A model generated the notes under the pieces. The model saw only the letters and a list, made by a program, of their open reading frames with translations. It was not told the origin of the DNA and did no database searches. From NCBI GenBank assembly GCA_044229145.1, contig JBGATO010000038.1, positions 1 through 35,546 on the forward strand: a DNA stretch of 35,546 nt, read 5' to 3'. The stretch's first letter is position 1. Every line of letters starts with the position of its first letter. Position numbers and translations under genes: made by a program. The DNA is from Candidatus Eiseniibacteriota bacterium (lineage in GTDB: Bacteria > Eisenbacteria > RBG-16-71-46 > CAZEPH01). Shown piece after piece: positions 27,341 to 35,546 of this stretch.

Positions 27341-30300
27341 TTACTCGAGCGTCAACACGCGGCGCGTGAGCACCACGGGGCCGATCTCCGCGCGGAGCAG
27401 GTAGACGCCGGCCGCGATCTGCTGGTGCGTGTGGAGCCGGTACCGGCCGGCCGCGACTGCCTCATCGAGCAGCGTCGCCACCAGCCGGCCGCGCGCCGAG
27501 TAGAGACGGACCGTCGCCCGCTCCGCGCGCGGCACGGCGAGTTCGCACGCGATGCGATCGCCTGCCGTCACGCCGCCGAGCAGCGTGAGGCCCGCGGTCG
27601 CCGGCACAGCGCGCGCGTCGTCGCCGACGCCGACCGGCGCCGTGATCGTCACCGTGAACGACACCTGCGCGTGACCGCCGAAGCCGTCGTCCGCGAGGAT
27701 CGTCACGTTGGGGTACACGCCGAGGACCGGCGACGGCCACGTGAACGTGCCGTTCGCCGACACCGTCGCCCCCGCAGGCAGGTTGGCGCCCGAGCAGGTC
27801 ACCGCATCGCCGTCCGCATCGGTGACCGTCACGCCGGACACCAACGCCACGCCCACGGTGCCAAACAGATCGTGCGCGCCGGTGATGACGGGCGCCGCGT
27901 TGACCAGGACGAACGACGCGCCGATGGTGTGATCGCCGTGCACATTCGAGAACAGGTAGCCCGCGACGGCGCCGATCGACACGTTGTCCACCACGACATC
28001 GCCGATCGCGTGGTGCGGGGACGCGGCGATGAGGTAGCCGAGGCTGCCGCCGTCGATGACCGCCGACGCGCCGAGAGGCGAGATCACGCCGCTGCCCGTC
28101 GCCGTCGAGGTGATGATCCACGAGCGCGCGATGCCGAACGCGAAATCGCTGAAGTGGCTGATGCCGCCGACCGTGACCGACGTCGGTGTGCGCGCGGTGA
28201 TCGCGTCGCCGGACCACTGCGGCGCGTCGTACTGTCGCGCCGACAAGGAATCCGCGGTGACGCCCGCATCGAGATCCGCCGGAAGGAAGGTGCAGGTGAC
28301 CGCGCAAGCACCGAAGACGAACGCGTCCTGCGGCGACAGCGTCCACCAGCGGTTCAGGCCGCGTGAGACGTCGAGGCCGGAGCTGGCAAGCGCGGGGTGA
28401 TCGCCCGCCGTCATGCGGACGAGCAGGTCCGTGCCGTCGGTCACGCCGCCCAGCGCGAGCGTCACCGGCAAGTAGTCGGTGTCGGTCCCGAGCGGGATCT
28501 CGCCGCCCGGCGAGCCTGCGGCGACCGGAATCTGCACCGTGCCGTTCACCCATCCCGACGTCCGCGTGAGCGCGGCGCCGGAGTGGACGCGCAGGGTGTC
28601 GGCGCCCGTCGTCACCACACCAGCGGCGAAATCCGCGTGCTGCCAGACATCGACACTGTGCAGAAGGTGCAGCGCGCCCGCGGGGTTGAGCGACGCGAAG
28701 TGCAGCGTGCCGAGGTCGTGGTGATCCGGCGCGAAGCCGAGCGACCCGCCGTCGCCGTCGACATCGACCAACACCGCGGAGAGCGTGTCGCCCTGCACGG
28801 TGAGCGGCGTGCCGGGGCCGCCGAATCCGGTCGTCGCGTGGCCCAGCGTCAATTCATGGCCGCGGATGTCGAGCACGCTCACGGCGCCGAGCACCGTGAA
28901 GGCGGAGGGCGGGGAGAGCAGCGGCGTGCAAGCGAGGTCGCACGCAAGCACGAGTTGGCCGCCGCTCTTGTTCATCTCGAACTCGTCGACGTTCCAGGGC
29001 GCGGAGGTGAGGGTTTGCGTGCCCGGACCCGACACGCGCAATTTGGTCATGGCGACGTCGGCGAGCGTCCCGAGATTGGTGAGGTTGCCGCGGAACTCGA
29101 AGTGCACAGGCATGATGCCGGAGAGATCGAGTGTGCCGCCGGCGTCGACCGCGATGTCGCCCGTCACGACCATGTCGCGCTGCTGATTGCCGAACAGGAA
29201 CTCCGACCCTGTCTCGACGTGGAGATCGCCGTCGATTTCGAGCGGCCAGACACCGGCGATGCCGCCCGGCAAGAACTGCGTGCCGCCCCGCACGATGACA
29301 CCGCGGACGCGGTACGACGGCGATCCCATGCTCCACTCGAGGCCGCGTGTCCGCACGCCGAGACCGTCGTAGATCACCACCGCGTCTTGATCGTCGGCCA
29401 CGTGCGTGACCACCGAACCGGCGCCCTGCAAGTGCAGCGTGCCGGAGATCAGCGTCGAGTTCGCGCCTTCGGGTCCGAGGTCGGTGGCGGCGGCCAGCAG
29501 CACTTCGCACGCCGCGTCGAACTGCGCGTGCGTCGTCGTGAGATTCACGAAGGTCGTGAGCGCGCCGTACACCGCGAAGGTCCCGGGCCCGTTGATTCGC
29601 CGGTACCCGGTGGCGAGCGGATTGTCGAACTGCACGATCGCGTTCGCGCCGGTCAGCGACAGCGTGTTGCCATTGAGCCAGAGGGCACCCGCATCGTTCA
29701 TCGACAGCGCCACTTCGTTGCTGGTCCACAGCTGCAGATTGGTTACGGGGGCGCTGGAGAGAATGACCTGCGACCCCGCCGGCTTGGCCAGCCGCATGCG
29801 CACGAAGGACAACGTGCGCGGCAGGTATCCGTCTTCGAGCGTCAGCGTGGAGTTGCGCGCCCCGGCGAACTCGATCCACGCATCGGTGCGCTGCGTCAGC
29901 GTCGAGGTGAGATTCGTCTGGCGCCAGTCGCCATGCACGCGCAACGTGGCGAAGTCCTGCACGTCGAGATTCCCGGTGAGCTGCAGATTGCCCAGCATGA
30001 CGTACAGCGCGCCGGCATCGAGCAGCAAGGAAGCGGGCTCGTCGATCGCGACATTCGCCGGGACGCCGGCGCCCGCCGACGCGTTCGCCAGCCATTCGCC
30101 GGTGGGCGTGTGGAGCGCGCCCGACGTGTAGCGCAGTGTGGCGTTGGCGCCGTAGGTCGGCGTGCCGTTGACGCGCGATGCCGTGCTCTTGGCGAGCGTG
30201 CCGTCGATGAGCAGGTCGTGGGCGAGCGTCACCGGGGCGGTGTCGTCCACCTGCGCCATCGTGAACACGCCGCTCGCCGGAATGGTGCGCGTGAGGAAGT

Positions 30301-31555
30301 CGAGATCGACCGTCGCGCCCTCGGCGCAGGTCACGTTCGGCGGCCCGCTGGTGGCAGGCCAGTACAACGTCGCGTCGGTGACCGTGTAGGTGCCGGTGGA
30401 CGATGGCCGCAACTCGAGGAGGCTGCCCGGGCTGTACGCGACTGACCCCGGCCCGGCGATCGCACCGGTTTCTCCCATCGACAGTGTGCCGTCGACGCTC
30501 AGCGCGGTCGACGCGCCGGCGAGCGTCAGCGGGGTGTTGAAGACGCGCAGGGTGCTCGTCGACGCGACGTGGATCGCGCCGCTCAGCGTGACGCCGGCGC
30601 CGGCGCCGCGCACGCTGTGTTCGCGATCGCCGGTCCACACCAGGGGTGTCGAGAAATCGAGCCCGCCGGTGCCCGGCGCGATGCTCAGCGCGGTTCCATC
30701 GTTGACCAGATCGTCCTGCACCGTCACGCGCTGCGCGCCGCTGCCGGTGTGCGTGAACGAGCAGCCGGCGTCGACGACGAGTTTGTCGAACGTGAAGTCG
30801 CCCGATCCGGTGCTGCTCAGGGCGATGCCGTTCTCGACGCGCAGGTCCGCGAAGGTGCGGCCGGACGACGAGAAGCCCGCCGTGGTCCGCCACACCGCGA
30901 CACTGCCGGTGGCGAAGGTGACCTTCGAGTTCGGCGCGGAGAGCCCGAACGGATTCGCGCCGGCGTTGTGCGTGTAGATCGATCCGCCGTCGAACAGCAC
31001 GGTGCCCGGCGCGCCGCTCGCGCCGAAGGCATTGCCGGCGAATCCGGTGTTGGTGGTGAACGCGGCGCCGCTGGCGAAGCGGATCGCGCCCGCGTCGGCC
31101 GCGAGTAGCCGGTGTGCGCCTCCCGCGACCTCGATCGTGCCGGCGACGGTGGTCGTCGCGCCCGCGGCGAGCGACAGCGAGATCGGGTTCGCCCCGCTCA
31201 GCCGGAGCGACGCGCCGGTCTGGACTTGGAGGGCATCGTTGCTCGAGGTCAGGCCGACGGTGACCGGCGCGACGGTGCTCAACGTCACGGTCGCGCCGGT
31301 CTGCACCAGCAGCGATCCGATGGTCTCGGACGGCACGTTGGTGAGCGTCGGCGTCGGCGTGGTGTTGGCGTCGATCTGCAGGATGTCGGTGGCCGCGGGC
31401 GCGTTGCGCGGCGGCGACCAGTTGGCGGGATTCGTCCACGCCCCCGGCGCGGCGGCGTTCCAGCGATAGAGTTGCGCGGCGTGAGCGGGCAGCGCGGCGC
31501 TGCACGCGACGAGCACGACGAGACTGCGGCGAATCCAGTGACGGATGGACGGCAT
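27341..31555 (-). CDS. Large secreted beta-rich surface protein with Ig-like domains and a T9SS/FlgD-type C-terminal domain
   Basis: GGAGGT before ATG 31555. Signal peptide ending PAHA, WTNPANWS start motif, Gly/Thr-rich beta-helix-like body, Ig-like segment (NAAPVI...DADGD...DDG), C-terminal LYSARGRLV...AGVYLL. Confidence 0.85.
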   Translation of the reverse strand: MPSIRHWIRRSLVVLVACSAALPAHAAQLYRWNAAAPGAWTNPANWSPPRNAPAATDILQIDANTTPTPTLTNVPSETIGSLLVQTGATVTLSTVAPVTVGLTSSNDALQVQTGASLRLSGANPISLSLAAGATTTVAGTIEVAGGAHRLLAADAGAIRFASGAAFTTNTGFAGNAFGASGAPGTVLFDGGSIYTHNAGANPFGLSAPNSKVTFATGSVAVWRTTAGFSSSGRTFADLRVENGIALSSTGSGDFTFDKLVVDAGCSFTHTGSGAQRVTVQDDLVNDGTALSIAPGTGGLDFSTPLVWTGDREHSVRGAGAGVTLSGAIHVASTSTLRVFNTPLTLAGASTALSVDGTLSMGETGAIAGPGSVAYSPGSLLELRPSSTGTYTVTDATLYWPATSGPPNVTCAEGATVDLDFLTRTIPASGVFTMAQVDDTAPVTLAHDLLIDGTLAKSTASRVNGTPTYGANATLRYTSGALHTPTGEWLANASAGAGVPANVAIDEPASLLLDAGALYVMLGNLQLTGNLDVQDFATLRVHGDWRQTNLTSTLTQRTDAWIEFAGARNSTLTLEDGYLPRTLSFVRMRLAKPAGSQVILSSAPVTNLQLWTSNEVALSMNDAGALWLNGNTLSLTGANAIVQFDNPLATGYRRINGPGTFAVYGALTTFVNLTTTHAQFDAACEVLLAAATDLGPEGANSTLISGTLHLQGAGSVVTHVADDQDAVVIYDGLGVRTRGLEWSMGSPSYRVRGVIVRGGTQFLPGGIAGVWPLEIDGDLHVETGSEFLFGNQQRDMVVTGDIAVDAGGTLDLSGIMPVHFEFRGNLTNLGTLADVAMTKLRVSGPGTQTLTSAPWNVDEFEMNKSGGQLVLACDLACTPLLSPPSAFTVLGAVSVLDIRGHELTLGHATTGFGGPGTPLTVQGDTLSAVLVDVDGDGGSLGFAPDHHDLGTLHFASLNPAGALHLLHSVDVWQHADFAAGVVTTGADTLRVHSGAALTRTSGWVNGTVQIPVAAGSPGGEIPLGTDTDYLPVTLALGGVTDGTDLLVRMTAGDHPALASSGLDVSRGLNRWWTLSPQDAFVFGACAVTCTFLPADLDAGVTADSLSARQYDAPQWSGDAITARTPTSVTVGGISHFSDFAFGIARSWIITSTATGSGVISPLGASAVIDGGSLGYLIAASPHHAIGDVVVDNVSIGAVAGYLFSNVHGDHTIGASFVLVNAAPVITGAHDLFGTVGVALVSGVTVTDADGDAVTCSGANLPAGATVSANGTFTWPSPVLGVYPNVTILADDGFGGHAQVSFTVTITAPVGVGDDARAVPATAGLTLLGGVTAGDRIACELAVPRAERATVRLYSARGRLVATLLDEAVAAGRYRLHTHQQIAAGVYLLRAEIGPVVLTRRVLTLE

Positions 31556-31681
31556 GGCGGACCTCCGGATCGCCCTGCACATCCGGGGGCGCCCGGCGGG
31601 CGCCGGTCTGTCGGAGGTGCGAGCGGGGTGAAGGGCCCGGCGGCGCGATGCGCGGGGAGCGCCGCCGCCGGATGTCTGCCG

Positions 31682-31710
31682 TCTTGTCGGAGATCCGCGC
31701 CCGGCGTTTC
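31682..31710 (-). promoter_or_regulatory. Putative ECF promoter, copy 1 (upstream of the large secreted gene)
   Basis: GAAAC-16 nt-CGACAAGA; 24/29 identical to 32691-32719. Confidence 0.7.
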
Positions 31711-31728
31711 ACTGGCGCGGCGAAAAAT

Positions 31729-32625
31729 CTAGGGGGCGATGACGAATGCGGTGCGGTAGAGCGTCGTGCCGGTGGCGGTGGTGACGTGGAGTTCGTACGT
31801 CGCCGGCGCGAGAACCGCGGCGGGGACGAGCAGGCTGGCGATGTGCGCGCCGTCGTCCCAGATGGCGTCGAGATGCGTGTCGGTGCGCCAGACCTCGGAG
31901 CCGTCGCGGCTCACGCGGACGGTGATCGCGGCCCGCGGCGAGACGCTGCCGCCCTGCGTGAGGTCGGCGGCGATGACCACGGGCACCACGGAGGCGCCCG
32001 GCGTCGGGCGCAGCGTCGGCGTCGTCCCGCCGTCGCCACGCACCGGATCGCTCAAGAACAGCAGGCGAGAGGCGCCGCCCGCCGGCGGCGTGGTGTTGCG
32101 CTGCCGCAGCTGGTCCGCCAAGCGCTGGTTGTCGGCGGTGAGCCGCTGCGTCTCGGTCTGCTGCTCGTGCTGCACGCGCGGCAACTCCACGAGCCCGCGA
32201 TACGCCGGCAGACTCAGCGCCAGCACGGCGACCGCCGCTGCGGCCAGCGGCATCGTCGCGCGCCAGCGCGAGGGTCCAGCCAGGACCGGCGCCTGCAAAG
32301 GCGCGGACGCCATCGCCCTGGCGTGCGCCAGGTCCTCCGCGCAGGCGGGGCAGATCGCGACATGCGCGTCGATTGCCGCACGCGCCGACGGGTCCTGCTC
32401 CTCCGCCGCAAGCGCGCGGCTCGCGAGTGCCGTCGACGTCGGATGCGTGGTCAGGAAGCCGGGCCCCTGTTCGCGCACCGCGCGTTGCAGCGTCCCGGCC
32501 AGGCGCAACGTCAACGCGCACTCGTCACAGGCGCTGGCGTGTGCCTGGACCGCGGCGGCCGTGCCGGCATCGAGGCGGCCGGTTGCCGCCTCGGCCAGCA
32601 ATTCGCGTGCGCTGTCGTGTTCCAT
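31729..32625 (-). CDS. Membrane anti-sigma factor with two zf-HC2 (ZAS) motifs
   Basis: HASACDEC and HVAICPAC (both HxxxCxxC), TM helix PLAAAAVAVLALSL, short coiled coil, extracytoplasmic beta domain beginning DPVRG. Confidence 0.85.
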   Translation of the reverse strand: MEHDSARELLAEAATGRLDAGTAAAVQAHASACDECALTLRLAGTLQRAVREQGPGFLTTHPTSTALASRALAAEEQDPSARAAIDAHVAICPACAEDLAHARAMASAPLQAPVLAGPSRWRATMPLAAAAVAVLALSLPAYRGLVELPRVQHEQQTETQRLTADNQRLADQLRQRNTTPPAGGASRLLFLSDPVRGDGGTTPTLRPTPGASVVPVVIAADLTQGGSVSPRAAITVRVSRDGSEVWRTDTHLDAIWDDGAHIASLLVPAAVLAPATYELHVTTATGTTLYRTAFVIAP

Positions 32626-32690
32626 CACCAGACATCCCTCCCGAGGCGATCCTACCACGGGGTCCGCGACAGGGCCCGGTGGCACTGCCC

Positions 32691-32719
32691 TCTTGTCGGG
32701 GATACGCGCCGCTCGTTTC
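32691..32719 (-). promoter_or_regulatory. Putative ECF promoter, copy 2 (upstream of the anti-sigma gene)
   Basis: GAAACGAGCGGCGCGTATCCCCGACAAGA, 66 nt upstream of ATG 32625. Confidence 0.7.
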
Positions 32720-32738
32720 CGGGTAAGATGCAGAACGC

Positions 32739-33281
32739 ATGTCGACCTCGCCCCCAGAGCCGATTCTCGCCCGCTTCCTCGCCCACGACGCCGCCGCCGC
32801 CCGCACCGTCGCGGCGTGGGCGCGGGACGACGTCGAATACCGCCGCCTGCCGCTCAGCGCGGTGGAGGTCGAGGACGTCGTGCAGCAAACACTGCTCGAA
32901 CTGTGGCGGCTCGCCTCGCGACCCGAGTTCGCCGTCCGGGTGAGCCTGCGCGCCATCGTGCGGCGCATCGCGGTGGCCCGCACCATCGACGCGCTGCGGT
33001 CGCGGCGAGCCCGCGACGAGGTGCCCGAGACTCTCGCCGACGACCGCCCCGACATCGCCACGCTGCTCGCCCGCGCCGACGACGGCGCGCGCGTCCGCTG
33101 GGCGGCGGCGCAATTGGGCGCGCAATGCCGCGACATCGTGCGCCTGCACTTCGAGGACGACCTGCCGTTTCGCGACATCGCCGCGCGCAATGGGCTCGCC
33201 GAATCGTCGATGCGGGTGCGCCTGTTCCGCTGCTTGCGGCAATTGCGCGAGATCTTCCTCGGCGAGAGTCCGCACCGCTAG
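32739..33281 (+). CDS. ECF-type RNA polymerase sigma-70 factor
   Basis: Region 2 EDVVQQTLLELWR...IDALR; region 4 HTH PFRDIAARNGLAESSMRVRLFRC; 180 aa. Confidence 0.9.
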   Translation: MSTSPPEPILARFLAHDAAAARTVAAWARDDVEYRRLPLSAVEVEDVVQQTLLELWRLASRPEFAVRVSLRAIVRRIAVARTIDALRSRRARDEVPETLADDRPDIATLLARADDGARVRWAAAQLGAQCRDIVRLHFEDDLPFRDIAARNGLAESSMRVRLFRCLRQLREIFLGESPHR

Positions 33282-33313
33282 CCCCGCGCGCCGCGCTCCG
33301 GTAGGGTCATCGC

Positions 33314-35546
33314 ATGTGCGTTCGCTCCTCCCTCGCCCGGTGCTGTGTGGTGGCGCTGCTCGTCCTGGCGGCGCGCGTGGCGACGGCCTCCGCCGCCGCG
33401 TCCGCCGCCGACTCCACGCTCCTCGCGACGGCACGGCAGGCGTTCGCCTTCGGCCGCTACGCAGAGGCCGACGCCTTCCACGCAGAAGAAGGCCGGGCCT
33501 CGCCCGGTGCTGTGTGGTGGCGCTGCTCGTCCTGGCGGCGCGCGTGGCGACGGCCTCCGCCGCCGCGTCCGCCGCCGACTCCACGCTCCTCGCGACGGCA
33601 CGGCAGGCGTTCGCCTTCGGCCGCTACGCAGAGGCCGAGTCGCTCGCGCAGCTGGCGGCGCGGAATCAGGGCGGCACCGCCGTTCCCGACACGGTGCTGT
33701 GGGCGAATGCCCTCGGCGTCGCCGTCAACGCGCTGCGCCTCGGAGGTCACGCCGGCGACCCACGCGCGGCGACCGCGGCGGATCGCGCGATCGCCCTGGC
33801 CGCGGCGGCGCGCCCCGGGCGGCCACTCCACGCCACCGCGTTGCTCAACCGCGGGCTGATCGCCGCCGCCGTCAACGACCGGCCACGCGCCCGCGCCTGC
33901 TACGATCAGGCCCTCGCGATCTGGCGTGCTTTTGGCGGGCCCGACGAACCCAACATCGCGGGCATCAGCGTCAACCTGGCCCTGCTCGATGTCGATGACG
34001 GCGATCCCGCCGCGGCGTGGCCGCGCTACGACGAGGCGCTGCGCATCTTCCGTGCGAAGTTTCCGCCCGGCCACTACACGATCGTCCAGACGCTGATCAA
34101 CTACGGGATGGCCCTGCAGCGGACGGGAGACGCGGGCCGCGCGCTGGCGCTCGAACAGGAGGCGCTTCGTCTGCTCGAGGCGTCGGCCGCGCCGGACTCG
34201 GCTCGGCTAGGCGACGTGCTCAACAACCTCGGATTGCTCTACGACGCGCGAGGCAGCGATTCGCTGGCGGGTGAGTACTTCGCACGCGCGTGGGGTATCG
34301 AGTCGCGCGTGCTGGGTCCGGGGCATCCCAACACGCTGGCCGTCATGATCAACGTCGGTCGCAACGCCAGTGCGCGCGGCGACACCGCGGTGGCGCTCGG
34401 AACCCTGCGTCGCGTGCTCGCGCTGCATGACGCGGCAGGTGAGGCCTTCGCCGAACAGGCCGCCGCCGTGCGCGTCCACCTCGCGCTCGCGTTGCTGCGC
34501 GCCGGCCTGCCACGCGATGCGCTGGCCCGCTCCGAGGAGGCACTCGCGGCACGCCGGGCGCGGCTCGGCGCCGTCCACGCCTGGGTCGGTCAGGCCGCTG
34601 CGGTGCGTGCGTACGCGTTGGCGGCGTGCGGCGAGTCGCTTGCGGCGCTCGCGCAATCCGTGCAGGCGGATTCCGTCCTCCGCGAGGTCCTCCGTGGCGC
34701 GGCACGCGGTTTGACCGAGGTCGAGGCCGTGCGCTACCTGAGTACGACCGGGGGCGCGTTGGATCTCGGCGTGCGGCTGGCGCTCACCCGTCCCGAGGAA
34801 TCGGCGCGCGCTCTCGTCTGGGACGGCGTCGTGCGCTCGCGGGCGCTAGTGCTCGAGGAGATGATCGCGCGACGTCGGGCGGCCCGTCGCGATCAGCCGC
34901 CTGCGTCCGCGGGTCTCGAGGATGTCCTGGCCGCGCTGCCGGAGAGCGCGGCCCTCGTGGCCTACTCGCTCTATGCTTCGGGTACGCAGCCGCTCGCCGG
35001 GCGCCACTCGGGCGCGCGCTATGTGGCGTTCATCGCGGCGCCAGGGCGGCCGCATCGCGTGTCGCTCGTCGACATCGGCCCGACCCCCGACATCGATGAT
35101 GCCGTCGCCCGGTGGCAAGCCGCGATGCGCGACGGCGCGCACGCGCCGTTCGGCGGCGCATCGCTGATCGCGGGATATCGCCGTGTGGCGCGCGCGCTGC
35201 GCCGGCGCGTGTGGGATCCCGTGGCGCCGCAGGTGGCCGGTGCGCGCCGGGTCATCCTGGTGCCAGACGGATCACTGGCCGCGCTCTCTTTCGCGACGCT
35301 GCCCCGTGACGACGCGCACTTCCTCGTCGAGGACGCCCGCGTGTTGCAATATCTGAGCGCCGAGCGTGATCTTGCCGCCCCCGCGCGACAGGAGACGACC
35401 GGGGTGGGACTGCTGGCGATCGGCGGCGTGAACTTCGGGTCCGGGCGCGCGGTCGCCGGCCGCCGTGCCGTGTCCGCTTCCTGCGACGACGTGCCGGACT
35501 TCGCGATGTTGCCGGCGAGCGAGCGTGAGGTGCGGGACGTCGCGCG
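33314..35546 (+). CDS. Exported TPR + CHAT (caspase-like) domain protein; partial at the window end and frameshifted near the N-terminus
   Basis: Signal peptide from ATG 33314. After the duplication the reading continues in the frame containing 33601, with TPR repeats (CYDQALAIW, VLNNLGLLY, LGPGHPNT) and CHAT-entry motifs RSRALVLE, VWDPV, LVPDGSL..LSFATL, LLAIGG and LPASEREV. The catalytic His/Cys would lie beyond the window. Confidence 0.85.
33331..33638 (+). repeat. Exact 141-bp direct duplication (33331-33471 and 33498-33638) with a 26-nt filler
   Basis: Direct comparison of the two copies. The period is 167 bp, not a multiple of 3. Confidence 0.95.

Noticed and set aside
32680..32696. 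TGGCAC upstream of the ECF sigma (also at 23650)
   Set aside because: No GC at the -12 position, so it is not a sigma54 promoter.
33314..33859. 181-aa ORF as an independent gene
   Set aside because: It is the CHAT N-terminus running out of frame through the duplication.
1..35546. tRNA, rRNA, IS elements, integrases, cas genes
   Set aside because: None recognised by eye. A covariance-model search would be needed to exclude small ncRNAs.

Overview
GC-rich (about 70%) bacterial window. Secreted proteins with FlgD-Ig/T9SS-like C-terminal domains and a fused ccoNO point to an FCB-superphylum lineage such as Ca. Eisenbacteria or Krumholzibacteriota (inference only). Left to right it holds: a prolyl oligopeptidase followed by an unannotated 55-aa ORF and a terminator; a type III PKS + ICMT-like methyltransferase + PLP decarboxylase + CPXCG protein; a Tat molybdoenzyme/cytochrome b pair; NUDIX; TetR; three tandem small secreted amphipathic-helix peptides behind a sigma54-type promoter; a Zn-ribbon/HAD/acpS/nnr/class II aldolase operon; a complete cbb3 oxidase cluster with a beta-barrel-like gene between ccoI and ccoS; an N-terminally broken FG-GAP protein; and a 1.4-kaa secreted protein. 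At the right end is a candidate signalling module: an ECF sigma, a divergent double-zinc-finger membrane anti-sigma, and an exported TPR-CHAT (caspase-like) protease. A 29-bp ECF-type promoter motif is shared (24/29 identical) upstream of the anti-sigma and the large secreted gene. The CHAT gene runs off the window and is frameshifted by a 141-bp duplication. No rRNA, tRNA, CRISPR array or transposase was recognised.
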